From contig OZ024740.1 in NCBI GenBank assembly GCA_964016885.1, positions 94,612,001 through 94,676,000 on the forward strand: a stretch of DNA of 64,000 bases, read 5' to 3'. The notes under the pieces are model-generated. The model saw nothing but the letters and a program-made list of their open reading frames with translations, had not been told where the DNA came from and searched no databases. Made by a program: the position numbers and the translations under genes. Of this stretch, positions 1 to 11,810 are shown piece after piece. This DNA is from Eledone cirrhosa. Its lineage: Eukaryota. The first letter of the stretch is position 1, and every line of letters starts with the position of its first letter.

Positions 1-658
1 CAGGGAATATTTATAATATTCCCATTCTACAAATTACACCGCCCAAGTGAAATCAAGAGAAAAATCAAAGAAAATAATGTTATTGATAAATTCAAACCCA
101 AGCTAAATGAAGAATAATAACGCTTAGGGGTATTACTTCTACTATCACTATGACTACGACCACTAACAACAACAACAACAACAACAACAACAATAATAAT
201 AATAATAAAAGTGATGTTGATGGTGATGTTTAATAGAAAATGCTATTTTCATCATTTCTAAAAATAGCAAAACAATTGATGCTTTGGATATGATTAATTA
301 TTGGTCGTTAGACATGCTCAACCAGCCGTGTCCCTTAAACCATCAGCTTTAGTAATTCAGTGAAACTACACACTGATTGGTCGAAATACAGTTTGCAAGT
401 CTTAGGATTCTTGAGCCACTTTTCCCTGTATAAAATGTATAAAAGGTAGAAAATTTACCCATCTTATTACAGTTGAAAATTGCAAACTTGACTGTCACCA
501 CATATTATGAACCTGAAGATTGCGAAAGCATGAAAGTACTTGTTCAATTAACACTTAGAATTTAATATTCTATCATACTATTTCATTATAATACCATTAT
601 AAATTTTAAAGGATTTTAAATAAAACGAGTAAATCAGACAAAGTTGGAATTCCTCTTA

Positions 659-660
<2 letters not shown>
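1..660 (+). mobile_element. 3' end of a Penelope-like retroelement (GIY-YIG C-terminus, 3' UTR and hammerhead), ending at (TA)n
   Basis: Frame 1, 1-117, reads QGIFIIFPFYKLHRPSEIKRKIKENNVIDKFKPKLNEE*. This matches the C-terminal pattern of PLE GIY-YIG endonucleases (F.IFPFYK...R..KE...I.KFKP.LN). A hammerhead at 508-546 and a (TA)n tract follow. Confidence 0.7.
508..546 (+). ncRNA. Minimal type-I hammerhead ribozyme (PLE type)
   Basis: TGAAC-CTGAAGA-T TGC GAAA GCA T-GAAA-GTAC-TT-GTTCA. Stem I is TGAAC/GTTCA, the core is CUGANGA...GAAA, stem II has a GAAA tetraloop, and stem III is the palindrome AGTACT. U follows U16.1 at the cleavage position. Confidence 0.8.

Positions 661-661
<1 letters not shown>

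Positions 662-726
<65 letters not shown>
662..726. repeat. (TA)n microsatellite
   Basis: Pure TA run. Confidence 0.98.
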
Positions 727-729
<3 letters not shown>

Positions 730-1200
730 TCTGCGTGGTTTGGGCTGCCCTTTCTAGGCGCTCATACCACAGAGACCACTGGTTAAAGCCCTAGGCCTGC
801 TGTGAAGTATCTATCCCACGTGTGGGTCAACAGTCGCTTTAGATTCTCTTAGTGTTGTCTTACACACGCTGATGAACCATAGGCTAATCATTTCTGTCAA
901 CAACTTATTTGGCGAAACATATTTTTGGATTTGTACGTGTGTGGTAGATAGTTATCGAGGTATGTATTTACATTTTAATTCATACTTTTAATTATTGTGT
1001 GTCTACTCTGCCTTCCATGGGCTATATATTCCATACACTGGTGGTTTTTCCCTGTTTGACTGATGGCGCACTATCTCTCTCTCTCTAGTGTGTTATCTTT
1101 TCAACATATTGTATTATAAAGAGCTCGGAATACCTTCTCCTTTGAGCACATTACTGACTGGGAATAGCGAGACTCTATGGGTCCGTTAATTTATCGTGAT
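727..1200 (+). mobile_element. ~470-bp non-coding hammerhead-bearing unit between (TA)n tracts (solo pLTR or non-autonomous PLE derivative)
   Basis: Bounded by (TA)n on both sides, has no ORF and contains the hammerhead at 862-942. Confidence 0.5.
862..942 (+). ncRNA. Type-I hammerhead ribozyme
   Basis: ACACACG-CTGATGA-[aCCA...TGGc stem II]-GAAA-CA...TG-TA-CGTGTGT. Perfect 7-bp stem I, complete core and a GUA cleavage triplet. Confidence 0.85.
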
Positions 1201-1202
1201 AT

Positions 1203-1409
<207 letters not shown>

Positions 1410-2151
1410 GAGCGAGAGAACGATCGTAAACCAACTTTTTGTGATAGGGCTGACACCGTTGTTAGAAAAGAATGATTGTAGCGAGATTCGGCAGTAGTTT
1501 TAGTGTATGGGATCACCGCCTAATCTACGTACAACTGATTTTATCGTTCTACACACAACCACATACAAGCTCATTCTTATTTTATTTTGTCTTCTTTGCG
1601 CATATATACATACACAAGCACAATAACAGCAAACACATAAACACACACTAGTAAAGATAGAATACATTAACCGATACACAGTCACCCAATCACGAACACA
1701 CATCAAACAAAACACTATACACACACGCAAACGCATGCGCAAAGAAGACAAAATAAAATAAACAAACAAACAAATAAATAAATAAATATATAAACATACT
1801 AAATAAAGATGGCGTAGACATTCAATGTAATGGGAGGAAACAATAGCACAACTGACGATGTTGCAGATGTGCAACGAAAGAACTTTGATAAACTATATAT
1901 ATGTGTTTGTGTCTATATTGTATCTGTATTATTTTTGACCGTTGGTCAGTCAAAGGCAACATTGAGGACCGAATAAATTAGATTACCGATATAAAAGACA
2001 CAGAAGCGAAAACCGAAAATCCCCAAACAGTGAGTGTGTTCTATTATTAATTCTGGTAATATTACACAAATATGACCCTCCCCAAGTATAACAATATTTG
2101 TTTCGACAAACGATTTCATATAAGAAACTTCGCAAAACTAATTCATCGTCG

Positions 2152-2152
<1 letters not shown>
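1410..2152 (-). mobile_element. Diverged copy of a non-coding dispersed repeat family (related to 2187-3345 and 62635-63214)
   Basis: 2060-2152 is the reverse complement of 2187-2280 (ATGACCCTCCC(C)AAGTATAACAATAT vs ATATTGTTATACTTTGGGAGGGTCAT). It shares the AAGATGGCGTAGA motif and starts at a (TA)n boundary. Confidence 0.6.
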
Positions 2153-2186
<34 letters not shown>

Positions 2187-2189
<3 letters not shown>

Positions 2190-3339
2190 TTTTATGAATT
2201 TATTTAGCAAGATTCTTTATCTGAAAATGTGTGTTGAGACCGATATTGTTATACTTTGGGAGGGTCATGTTGCCAATAAGAAACACACGCACCAGGTGCT
2301 TTCCCTTCAATTTATTATAAATTAAATTTATAAATTTAAGAACTTATGAATTTCCGGTTGGTTGATTTGTTCCACAATCAGACGATTGTTCATATATTGT
2401 CAAAATTATTTTGTCACACATGCTGTGACCTCTTCAGTGACTAGGGGTTATGTTCTTTGTTTCTGTGCCTCTCCTTTGTTCTGTCCTACGCCATCTTGTT
2501 TATGTGTGTGTTTTGTGCTTAGGTTGCACATGTGTTACATCCGAGTGTCTGTGTGTGTTTATATTTGTTTATTTATTTGTTTATTTACATGTTACTGGTT
2601 GGTTGTTTGTTCTATGTGTATGTGTGTTTTCATGTTGTCCTTAATTGTAAGTCGTGATGTTGCTATTCCATTCATGCTTTCTATTTAATTATGGTTGGTG
2701 TTCATTTATGTTTATTGCCTCTGTGATTTGTCTAAACATTGCGTCTTTTCTGTGTGTAGATTATATAGACTTTGGACTGAGGAATGCTCTGAAAACTGAC
2801 CAATGGGAAGTTTGACCTTACAAATCTTTATAACATTGAGATGGGTATAACACACAGACACATTTATTCGATTATTTTATTTTATGTTGATCCTTTACCA
2901 TATTATTCCTTCTACCACTTTATCACATTTATTTTGAGCTGACTCCAACAATAACACGACTTCCAACACAAGAATAGAGGTCAGACGTACCTAACAATAA
3001 CAAGAACAACAACTACAGATTGGCTTGCCTCAGAACGAATTACTATAGACTTTTGACTGAGGAATGTTCTAACAACTGACCAAAGAGCGGAGAAGAGGCC
3101 CTTTGTCGCTGAAATTCTTTTGTTTGAATTCATATGATTCCATTTCCTCAGTGATATAACAACCCAACCAGGAACTGGGCATATCAGAGTATTGACAAAG
3201 TTATACACCCCAACAACATGTTTACTCGTCCCTACCACACTAATTCGGACTGCCTAAAGAGGTCACATCCAAAGATGACTGTCACCGAAATATATATAGC
3301 AGTAATAAACGAAGCAAAATTTTAAACATTTGACTTTTT

Positions 3340-3345
<6 letters not shown>
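2187..3345 (+). mobile_element. Non-autonomous PLE-related element ending in a degenerate hammerhead, AATAAA and (TA)n
   Basis: 2187-2760 is clearly homologous to 62635-63214 (minus strand). The 3' end has a hammerhead-like motif at 3249-3303, then AATAAA and (TA)n. Confidence 0.6.
3249..3303 (+). ncRNA. Degenerate type-I hammerhead (core G5>A)
   Basis: ACTGC-CTAAAGA-GGT...ACC-GAAA-TATATA-TA-GCAGT. Stems I and II and the palindromic stem III are intact, but the core reads CTAAAGA instead of CTGAAGA, so it is probably inactive. Confidence 0.65.
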
Positions 3346-3413
<68 letters not shown>

Positions 3414-5413
3414 TTATTTATTTATATAAAGAGGTACGTGTACGTATGTTTTTATACGAATTAAAACCATTATCATAAAATACGTTAACCATATACATTT
3501 ACATAATTACATCGTTTAAAATGTCTCCTGTCGTGATTTCTTTTATCTTTCACACGTAATGAAATTTATGCTTACTAAATATATATATAAATATTACAAA
3601 ATGTGTTTTGATCACATGCTGTGTCATGGGTGAATTTTAATGATGTGTTTGCTTACTCATCCTTTTGAGCTCTTCTGAATGACAAGAAAACATCAATATT
3701 CCTCACGATTAAAGGATAAAAAAATGAAATAACAGTTACAGAATTCTACAATTAAGGTAACATGACTGCATGGTTTCTTTACGAGCTAATTTTATTATTA
3801 TGACTAATTAATAAGTACGTCGGTGTGAAACCATAGTGTAGCTTAGACAAAAACATTATGGAAATAAATAGACATAACAGAGGGGAATTTAATATAATTC
3901 TTCTGTTATAATATGGCCATGAATTATTTGTTCAGATTTTAGTAAGTTGGTAACAAATCCCCACTGGCAATTCGTGCAAATTCGTCACTCATTTTTATTG
4001 AAAGGGAGGTATTTCTTTAAATCATATTGCTTTTGTTGGGTTATCTTGCTTTCGTGATGAATCTATAGTGAAACTTCATTCAGACAAATTATTTTAACAA
4101 TAGCTTGCTGAGTTATTCAAAATGACTTTATTTTTTTGAGTTTATAATTCTTATCGTTGGGTATATTTTTATTGATCTAATTTTGTGGACTAATTCCCGT
4201 GCTATTTTACTTTTCATATTGCATTGTATCTTCTGCTTTTTACTTCTATGATTTGCTTTTAATTTCCAAGCATCTTTATGTTTAACAATTCTCTGCATGT
4301 TGATCACCTGGTTACATTCCTCCAAACGTGTTTATAACATCGTTAGATTCTTCTAAACTGTTGTCTCTTAATACTGTTTTCTCATACGTTACACACATAG
4401 GTTCTATTACATTATAGAATATGGCACATTGCAATTATATAAATGTAATCACACATAATCTACAGCACATCACGTGTACAGGCCCAAGTAATTAGCAATT
4501 ATAATTATGTTTTATTACACTTAAAAACTGAGTCTATATGTCTAGCTCTTCTATTATTAAACGCATTACAATGTAATCCAAACCAATCTTCATACCTGAG
4601 TCGTATCCTGTTTGTATAGAAAGAACAATTAATGTACATATTTTTTCCATAATATATCTTGATAATTACTTTATGGGGCACACCTTTCTAACATGCATTA
4701 TTTCGCGGATAAATTTGGCTAAATTCGGTAAGTCATTAAGTCCTATTATTCTGTATAGTAGAATCGACGTTATAAAGAAAAAAAATGTTTCTTTGTATTT
4801 TAAAATTATATCTTTAGCCTGTTTTTAGAGAATTCTAATCCCATTTCTTTCAACAGTACCGAGAGACTATCAGTAATGATTACATTTCTTTATCTTAAAA
4901 AAGAACAAATACATAGGATTTTATAGTGAAATATGGATAAATAAAAGCTCTATTTACAAACCTATCTCATAATTCAGATGTGTACTAATGAAATTTTGAT
5001 TTTTTAATGATCTTTGATACTATCAAATCTTGTAATAATTTTCTAATATTGCGATACCATCAATATTTAAACTCGATCATTATTTTCATTAATCCTCATA
5101 CGGTGTATATTAGGAAATTCTGATTGGTTATTTATTAGTAGAATCACCATGTAATATAACTTTTGAATTCCTAATGACTATGTCTAGAAATGACAGATAC
5201 ATTAGATGCTGTTAGGCTTTAAACGTTGAGTGAGTAAACGATGGTAAACTTATGGCTTTGCAAAGTGTTTTGTATATATGCTTTCGTGTGGTAATGATTA
5301 TGGTGTTGTTCTGGTCGATGGTGTTCGTAATTGTGGGGGAGACCTTGGAGATGTGTCTGATGGTTATATTGGTTCTGATGATTATCAAGCCAAAGGGTAT
5401 CGATTTTTCATGA

Positions 5414-6337
5414 GGTTCCGAGGAATTTAAGTGTAAATATATTAATGTTAATTCAAACCACCTCCAAAACATCACTGATAACCTAGTAAAAAGCGTCTCT
5501 ATTAGAATATCTGGCCTCTCCGCCAACAAATATATTTTTAACGCATCTGCCTCCTACTACAATGATGCACTCGCCCGTAGCGGATTTAAAGATAAGATAA
5601 CATGCCTAGAAACCACCGCAAGATTGCAGAGGAGGAATAGACATAGGCAGATTAGCTGGTACAACCCTCCCTTCAATAGAGAGGTCTCTACTCCGAAAGC
5701 TACGATTTTCTTCACTTTGATGAAATTACACTTCCCCATACAACATAGGTACCACACCATCTTTAATAAGAACACAATAAGACTCTCCTACTCCACCACA
5801 CCTAACCTAGCTAGGAATATAGCCAACCACAATTCTAAAAAATTAAATAAGCCAACCACCTCCGAACCCAATCCCCGGACTGGGGCTCTATGTAATTGCC
5901 TAAATAAGGAAGCATGCCCACTTGAAAACAAATGCCTCACAAATGATATCGTATACAAATGCGAAGTCATCTCAGGCATCGATGATTGCAAAAAGACTTA
6001 CATCGGCATGACGTCCAAGAACTTTAAGACCCGTTGGAATGCCCATACCCACTCCTTCAGAAGACAGGACAAATCAAACCAGACAACACTCGCCTCCTAC
6101 GTTTGGGACCTCAAAAGGAACTCCACCCCCTTCACGCTTAAATGGAAAATACTCCAGAAAGCGCGCTCTTACAACGGAGGACACAAGGGCTGCGACCTTT
6201 GTATTTCAGAGAGCTACGAAATTTTATTCGCCAAGGGCCCGCTACTGAACAAACTCTCTGAACACTGCCCGAACTGCATGCACAAGAACTTTGCAACTTT
6301 CAAACACTTTAAGCCAGTGATAAAGCCCGATGGCTAA
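5414..6337 (+). CDS. PLE polyprotein C-terminal part: RT thumb, CxC-x5-C-x5-C linker, GIY-YIG endonuclease (5'-truncated)
   Basis: The frame stays open upstream of 5624 (YINVNSNHLQNIT...RISGLS...YNDALARSGF). Motifs: WYNPPFN, HFP, IFNKNTIRLSYS, CNCLNKEACPLENKC, IVYKC...YIGMTSKNFKTRWNAH, CDLCISE...LLNK. Confidence 0.88.
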   Translation, partial: GSEEFKCKYINVNSNHLQNITDNLVKSVSIRISGLSANKYIFNASASYYNDALARSGFKDKITCLETTARLQRRNRHRQISWYNPPFNREVSTPKATIFFTLMKLHFPIQHRYHTIFNKNTIRLSYSTTPNLARNIANHNSKKLNKPTTSEPNPRTGALCNCLNKEACPLENKCLTNDIVYKCEVISGIDDCKKTYIGMTSKNFKTRWNAHTHSFRRQDKSNQTTLASYVWDLKRNSTPFTLKWKILQKARSYNGGHKGCDLCISESYEILFAKGPLLNKLSEHCPNCMHKNFATFKHFKPVIKPDG

Positions 6338-6499
6338 AAACGACCTCCCCCTATTGGCCCCTATACCTCCTTCCCACCCTACCCCCACCCCTCCCCAACC
6401 TGAAATACGTCCACTATGGTTATGTGAGTACTTCTTACCTATCTACATTTTCTGCCTGTAGAGGTGTTTTTATGTGCCTGCGTATATGCGTATATTTAT

Positions 6500-6876
6500 T
6501 GAGTACTTATTTATTTGTATGTGTATATATTTGTGTGTATGTGTGTATATGTATGTGTATGTATATATATATATATATATATGTGTGTATATGTGTTTAT
6601 CTATGTATATATATGTATGTGTGTGTATGTATGTGTGTTTATATATGTATATATGTGTGTATATGTGTGTGTGTATTTGTATGTATATGTATGTATGTAT
6701 ATGTGTGTGTATATATGTATATGTGTGTGTGTATATGTATATGTATATGTGTATATGTATATATGTATATTTGTGTATGTATATATGTGTATATATGTAT
6801 ATATATGTATATATATATAAATATGTGTATATATGCGTATGTATATGTGTGTGTATGTATGTATATATGTATATGC

Positions 6877-6924
<48 letters not shown>

Positions 6925-7145
6925 GTGTATGTGTGTGTATATATATGTGTGTGTGTGCATGTGTATATATATATATATATATATATGTGCGTGAGAGATA
7001 GTGTGTGTATATATATTTGTGTGTGTGTGTGTGTGTATGTGTGATTGCGTGTATATATATATATATGTATATATGTGTGTATATATGCGTATATATGTTT
7101 GTATATATGTGTATATGTATGTATATGTCTGTGTATGTATGTGTA

Positions 7146-7176
<31 letters not shown>

Positions 7177-7205
7177 ATATGCATGTGTATGTGTGTGTGT
7201 GTGTA

Positions 7206-7270
<65 letters not shown>

Positions 7271-7387
7271 GTATATATGTATATATATATATATATGTGT
7301 ATATATGTTTGTATATGTATATATGTATGTATGTGTGTGTATGTATGTATATGTGTGTGTGTGTATATGTATATATATATATATATG

Positions 7388-7445
<58 letters not shown>

Positions 7446-7531
7446 TATATATATGTATGTATATATATGTATATATATATGTGTGTGTATATATGTGTAT
7501 GTATTTGTGTATATATGTATGTATATGTGTG

Positions 7532-7603
<72 letters not shown>

Positions 7604-7622
7604 TATATGTATGAATGGTGGA

Positions 7623-7668
<46 letters not shown>

Positions 7669-7751
7669 TATGTATGTATGGTGTATGTGTGTGTATATAT
7701 ATATATATGTTCTGTTTTGTTCCCCTTCATATTTTTCCTTATATATGTGTA

Positions 7752-7808
<57 letters not shown>

Positions 7809-7901
7809 GTGTATGTATATATATATATATGTATACACATGTATATATGTGTGTATGTATGTGTGTGTGTGTGTGTATATGTATATATGTGTATATGCAT
7901 G

Positions 7902-7962
<61 letters not shown>

Positions 7963-8040
7963 CTGTATATATATATACATATAAATATATTTATATATGT
8001 GTGTGTTTTTATGTGTGTATATGTGTATGTGTGTTTATGG
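6500..8040. repeat. ~1.5-kb mosaic (TA)/(TG)/(TATG) low-complexity tract
   Basis: Direct reading. It is the source of many Y/I/V/C-rich spurious ORFs. Confidence 0.95.
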
Positions 8041-8526
8041 TTGCGCGCGAGTATGTGAGTGAGTGTGTTTTGTGAATGTGTCTGCTGATTTTTGGCATGT
8101 AGTTGATTAGTTTAAGAGAAGTTTGAAGATAATTGTAAGTTATGCACTCAGTATTTTGAATCTGTCTACAGGATTCTCTTAACCTTTGTCACTTAGTAGA
8201 ACCTTAATGAATTTAGCTTTTAAAGAATCTCCCTTTCCTTTAATTCTATCTACCATGACTGACCCCCCACTGATCTTATAGACATCTGTTAGATTAAGAC
8301 AAACTTAATAACAAGGAATGGTATGCCATCCGGAACCTGTTTATAGAATTATGTCTGCCTTTGTTACTCTAAAAACAAAAATAAATAAAAATAAACTATA
8401 GCTTTGTAGAATTAGATTTTACTGAATTCCCTTTTCTATCAACCAATGACCTACACCCACCCCACTCCCCACCCTCTCCTACCACTTCTAGAGACCTATA
8501 AATACCATATTTATTTTTTGATACCC

Positions 8527-8577
8527 AGATTCCTGATGATTTCTAATGAATGAAACAGTTCTAGTCCTGTAGAATCT
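8527..8577 (+). ncRNA. Type-I hammerhead ribozyme at the PLE 3' end
   Basis: AGATTC-CTGATGA-t TTC taat GAA t-GAAA-CAG ttctagtc CTG-TA-GAATCT. Stem I has 6 bp, stem III is intact and the cleavage site is GUA. Confidence 0.88.
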
Positions 8578-8589
8578 CATCTATATTAA

Positions 8590-8788
<199 letters not shown>

Positions 8789-8972
8789 GGTTGGTTTTGG
8801 AAGCCTTAACAATGCATATGGTTAAATCTCCGGGTAACAAAATCCGGTGGTGAAGAGAAAGGTGTAAGGGAATGTAGAAGGAGATGTATAGTGTGTAGAG
8901 GAAAGTAGGTTAGAGTGTAGAAAATAAAAATAACAACACGAGATAGAGTTACCTAGGTAGAGATTTAATTGT

Positions 8973-9008
8973 CCCTATATTTCGGATTCTCATCCATCAA
9001 CTGGGGGG
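8973..9008 (-). ncRNA. Degenerate hammerhead-like motif (probable PLE 3' end remnant)
   Basis: Minus strand reads CCC-CAGTTGA-t GGAT gaga ATCC-GAAA-TA-TA-GGG. The stems are present but the core has two substitutions relative to CTGATGA. Confidence 0.4.
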
Positions 9009-9397
9009 TTTTGCTGGTAGGGGGGGTTATCTGTCGGAGAGGTACTGTACGTGGCCTTTGTTGTCGGCTGTTTGTGTGTAACCTAGTTATTCTGTAGAGC
9101 GCACGTGCGCGCGGAATATGTGCGGTCAATCAAAGGTCAAAGCAGCTCCTTTTTATTGTGGTAGTTGGATGGCGTTATCTGTCAATTCATTTTACTACCT
9201 ATATGTACTGGTTTTTGGTATCAGCAGTGTTGTAGTCTGCCTGGTCGCTTGTTGGTCGGTGTATGGGGTGGGGCGGGGGGGGGGGGCTAAATACACAATA
9301 ACAATCATTCGAATGCAACTGTGAGTGTGCGTGTGTTGTTGTTTCATATATATATATATATATATATATCAATACACACGCAAACGATTTAACATGT

Positions 9398-10080
9398 TTA
9401 CAGAACTTCTCTATATATACAATGTTTTCAATTATTTCTTTAGAGTATATATGAAGAACTTATGGGGTTTTCCTACTCTAGGAAAAGCTACTATAATAGA
9501 CCGTGTGTGAAACAGCTTTCTTCTCAATGGAGACCGACAAACTGCAGTGTTTGACATCAGCCGACACTTTTTAATGGTCAATGAGTAACTGATAACCACT
9601 GGGAAATGCAATAATTTAACACTAAATAGGACGTATTAGCGTTACTCTCTGTATAAATACGATTTATGTAATACCATATCCGTGAAGATTTCGGCTTCAA
9701 TTATGAGCCTTTAATTTAGACACAGCAATATGCTTCACATTGTACAATCCTTGTTGATCCAGGTTTCTGTGAAGTATTATGACTGTGTCCCACTTCAATA
9801 CTAGATTGTGTGACAGCATATCAGATGGCTCCAGACATTCACAAATTCAACGACATAATGAAGAGCTTTGCCCTCTACGATAAATTCGACAGATGTATAG
9901 GTGTTGCTATTTCCATATATCATATGTGGGTTATTTTTGTTGATGGCATTCACTGTGTTGTGTTCGGGGGTAAGGATTGATCTTTCACACAGCTGCATGG
10001 CATTGGAAAGGTGGATATCTAAATTGGAAAAGACCTGATTAATTTTGTATAAAACGCTTTCCACAACAGTACAAATTGAA
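9398..10080 (-). pseudogene. Degenerate Helitron RepHel PIF1-type helicase C-terminal fragment
   Basis: Across frameshifts: QVFSNL...LCERSILTPEHNTVNAIN, EFVN..LEPSDMLSHNLVLKWDTVIILHRNLD, IEAEIF, FPVVISYSLTIKK, TLQFVGLH..HG...VAFPRVG, NIVY.EVL*. This is the canonical order of Helitron helicase C-terminal motifs. Confidence 0.8.
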
Positions 10081-10679
10081 GAAGGAACAAAACAAATTTT
10101 AATAACAAGGGATTACTTTCCTCTATATTAAAATGGCTGAGAAAGGCCATCTCTATCTCGGAGGATATTACTCCTCTCTCGGTTGTTATTCCAACTGAAT
10201 AAATATTGGAGACAGGGATATTACGAGAACCTCAATTCCATTATTGGAAATGAAGGATATTGGAAGCATGTTGCAGTGCAGATTACTTGAAAATTTACGA
10301 GAAAAGCTAAGAAAAACTGTGTCTTGATACACAACGTGCGCTTTTCTAGAAACTTGAACGGTTAAGATGTTCTCCAAGATCTCCCCTCATTTCCTACATA
10401 CGTTTTCGGAAAATAATTGTCATGTGCGAGTTTGACGTGGGTCTGATCAGTCAAAAATAAACGATAAAACTGCAAAAAGAAAAATAAGATTGAATAAATC
10501 CGAGGGTCAAACGCTTGCCCCTTTTTGTAAACTGATATATCAGCTGTGTTAGAGGTTTAACACCTCTTCTTGCTGATATATTTTATTTATGTAGCGCAAA
10601 TATGGTTTGCATCGGATCTATTGTTGACCTATTTGAACACATCATTTTTTTTTTTTCGGATAAAAAGTTGATTGTGAGC

Positions 10680-11600
10680 ATGTCGAAAGTCAGATTCTCT
10701 GAAAACACAAGAATCACCATGCAAACATAGATTACGTAGGACTTACCTCGCCCTCAAACCCCATAATGACCCGGTGGGTAGACAAGGGCTGATACCTCCG
10801 CACACTTCCTGAATAAGTTAGAGGAAACCCCAGCTTACATAGGTAGATGTATCTCTTTTATTTCCCTCTTTGTCTTCTTCTTCCCTATCACTTCGTTTCA
10901 CCCCCTATGTCCTTCCTCGTCTGCCTTTCCCCTTTCGCCTACCCCGATGCAGCCCATCGGGCCTTTGTAGCATCAGTTCCCCCACCCCTGTAATTTTAAG
11001 ATATAATTGGCCGAATACGTTTTACTAACTATTAATGCACATGTGTTAAACCCCTTTAATTGTGTATCAGATTTGTTACTACTCCATTTCTACAATTTTT
11101 TTCTAATCTCAACTTATTAACCTGTAATTGTAAGATAGCATCGTGAATTTTTTTATTCATTTCCCACTATCTAATGTTATATATTTTTTATTTCTCTCTA
11201 TTATCCTTTATTGTCTCCTACTCTCATTCGACTTACCTATTCTATAACCTCCCTCCTCCACTTCATACACTATCCTTAGAATCTGCAGTATACATATCAC
11301 TTTCAACGCTTGACCGCTCTACTCACTCCCCTATTGTTCTACAGGCAAGTTAGCCATTCCTACCTCCCACCAAATGCCATGATAGACCTATTTGTGTTTA
11401 CAACAAATTTTAACCAATCCTTTGACAACTACAATCTTCCCATATAAGGAAGTACCCCCTTGACAAGTTCGGCTGTTTATTCACAGGCTAAACATTCTAA
11501 TTTAGTCCAGAAATAGCCGTCGAAACGGCTTGACCTCTGCATCAAAATCGATATTTTATCTTTTAATTTCTATACACTCGTTTCTAAATAATTAATGCCC
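10680..11600 (+). mobile_element. Possible PLE 3' end remnant
   Basis: The short frame TQESPCKHRLRRTYL resembles the PLE C-terminal E...CxH motif. A degenerate hammerhead-like TTGACAA..CGGCTGTTT/AAATAGCCG..GAAA lies at ~11460-11530. Confidence 0.35.
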
Positions 11601-11665
11601 TCACAAATGAAAGGTCTGCCCATTCCAGATATTTATAATGTGTGAAAATGTACATGAATTAAAAT

Positions 11666-11810
11666 ATAATTGTTTCTACTTTGTGGCACAAAGGTACTTT
11701 ACTTTATCGACCCCGTAAGGATGAAAGGCAAAGTTAACCTCGGCGGGATTTGAACTCAGATCATAAAGGGACATAAGTATGCTAGAAAGCATGGCGTCTG
11801 ACCCTCTATG
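11666..11810 (-). mobile_element. tRNA-derived SINE, partial (Nin/Deu-like core)
   Basis: Minus-strand B box GAGTTCAAATCC followed by GGTTAACTTTGCCTTTCATCCTTACGGGGTCGATAAAGTAAAGTACC. Homologous to 44061-44248. Confidence 0.8.

Noticed and set aside
2772-2805. TTGGA-CTGAGGA-ATGCTCT-GAAA-ACTGACCAA as a hammerhead
   Set aside because: The cleavage site would be UG, stem II does not pair, and the second copy at ~3055 lacks GAAA.
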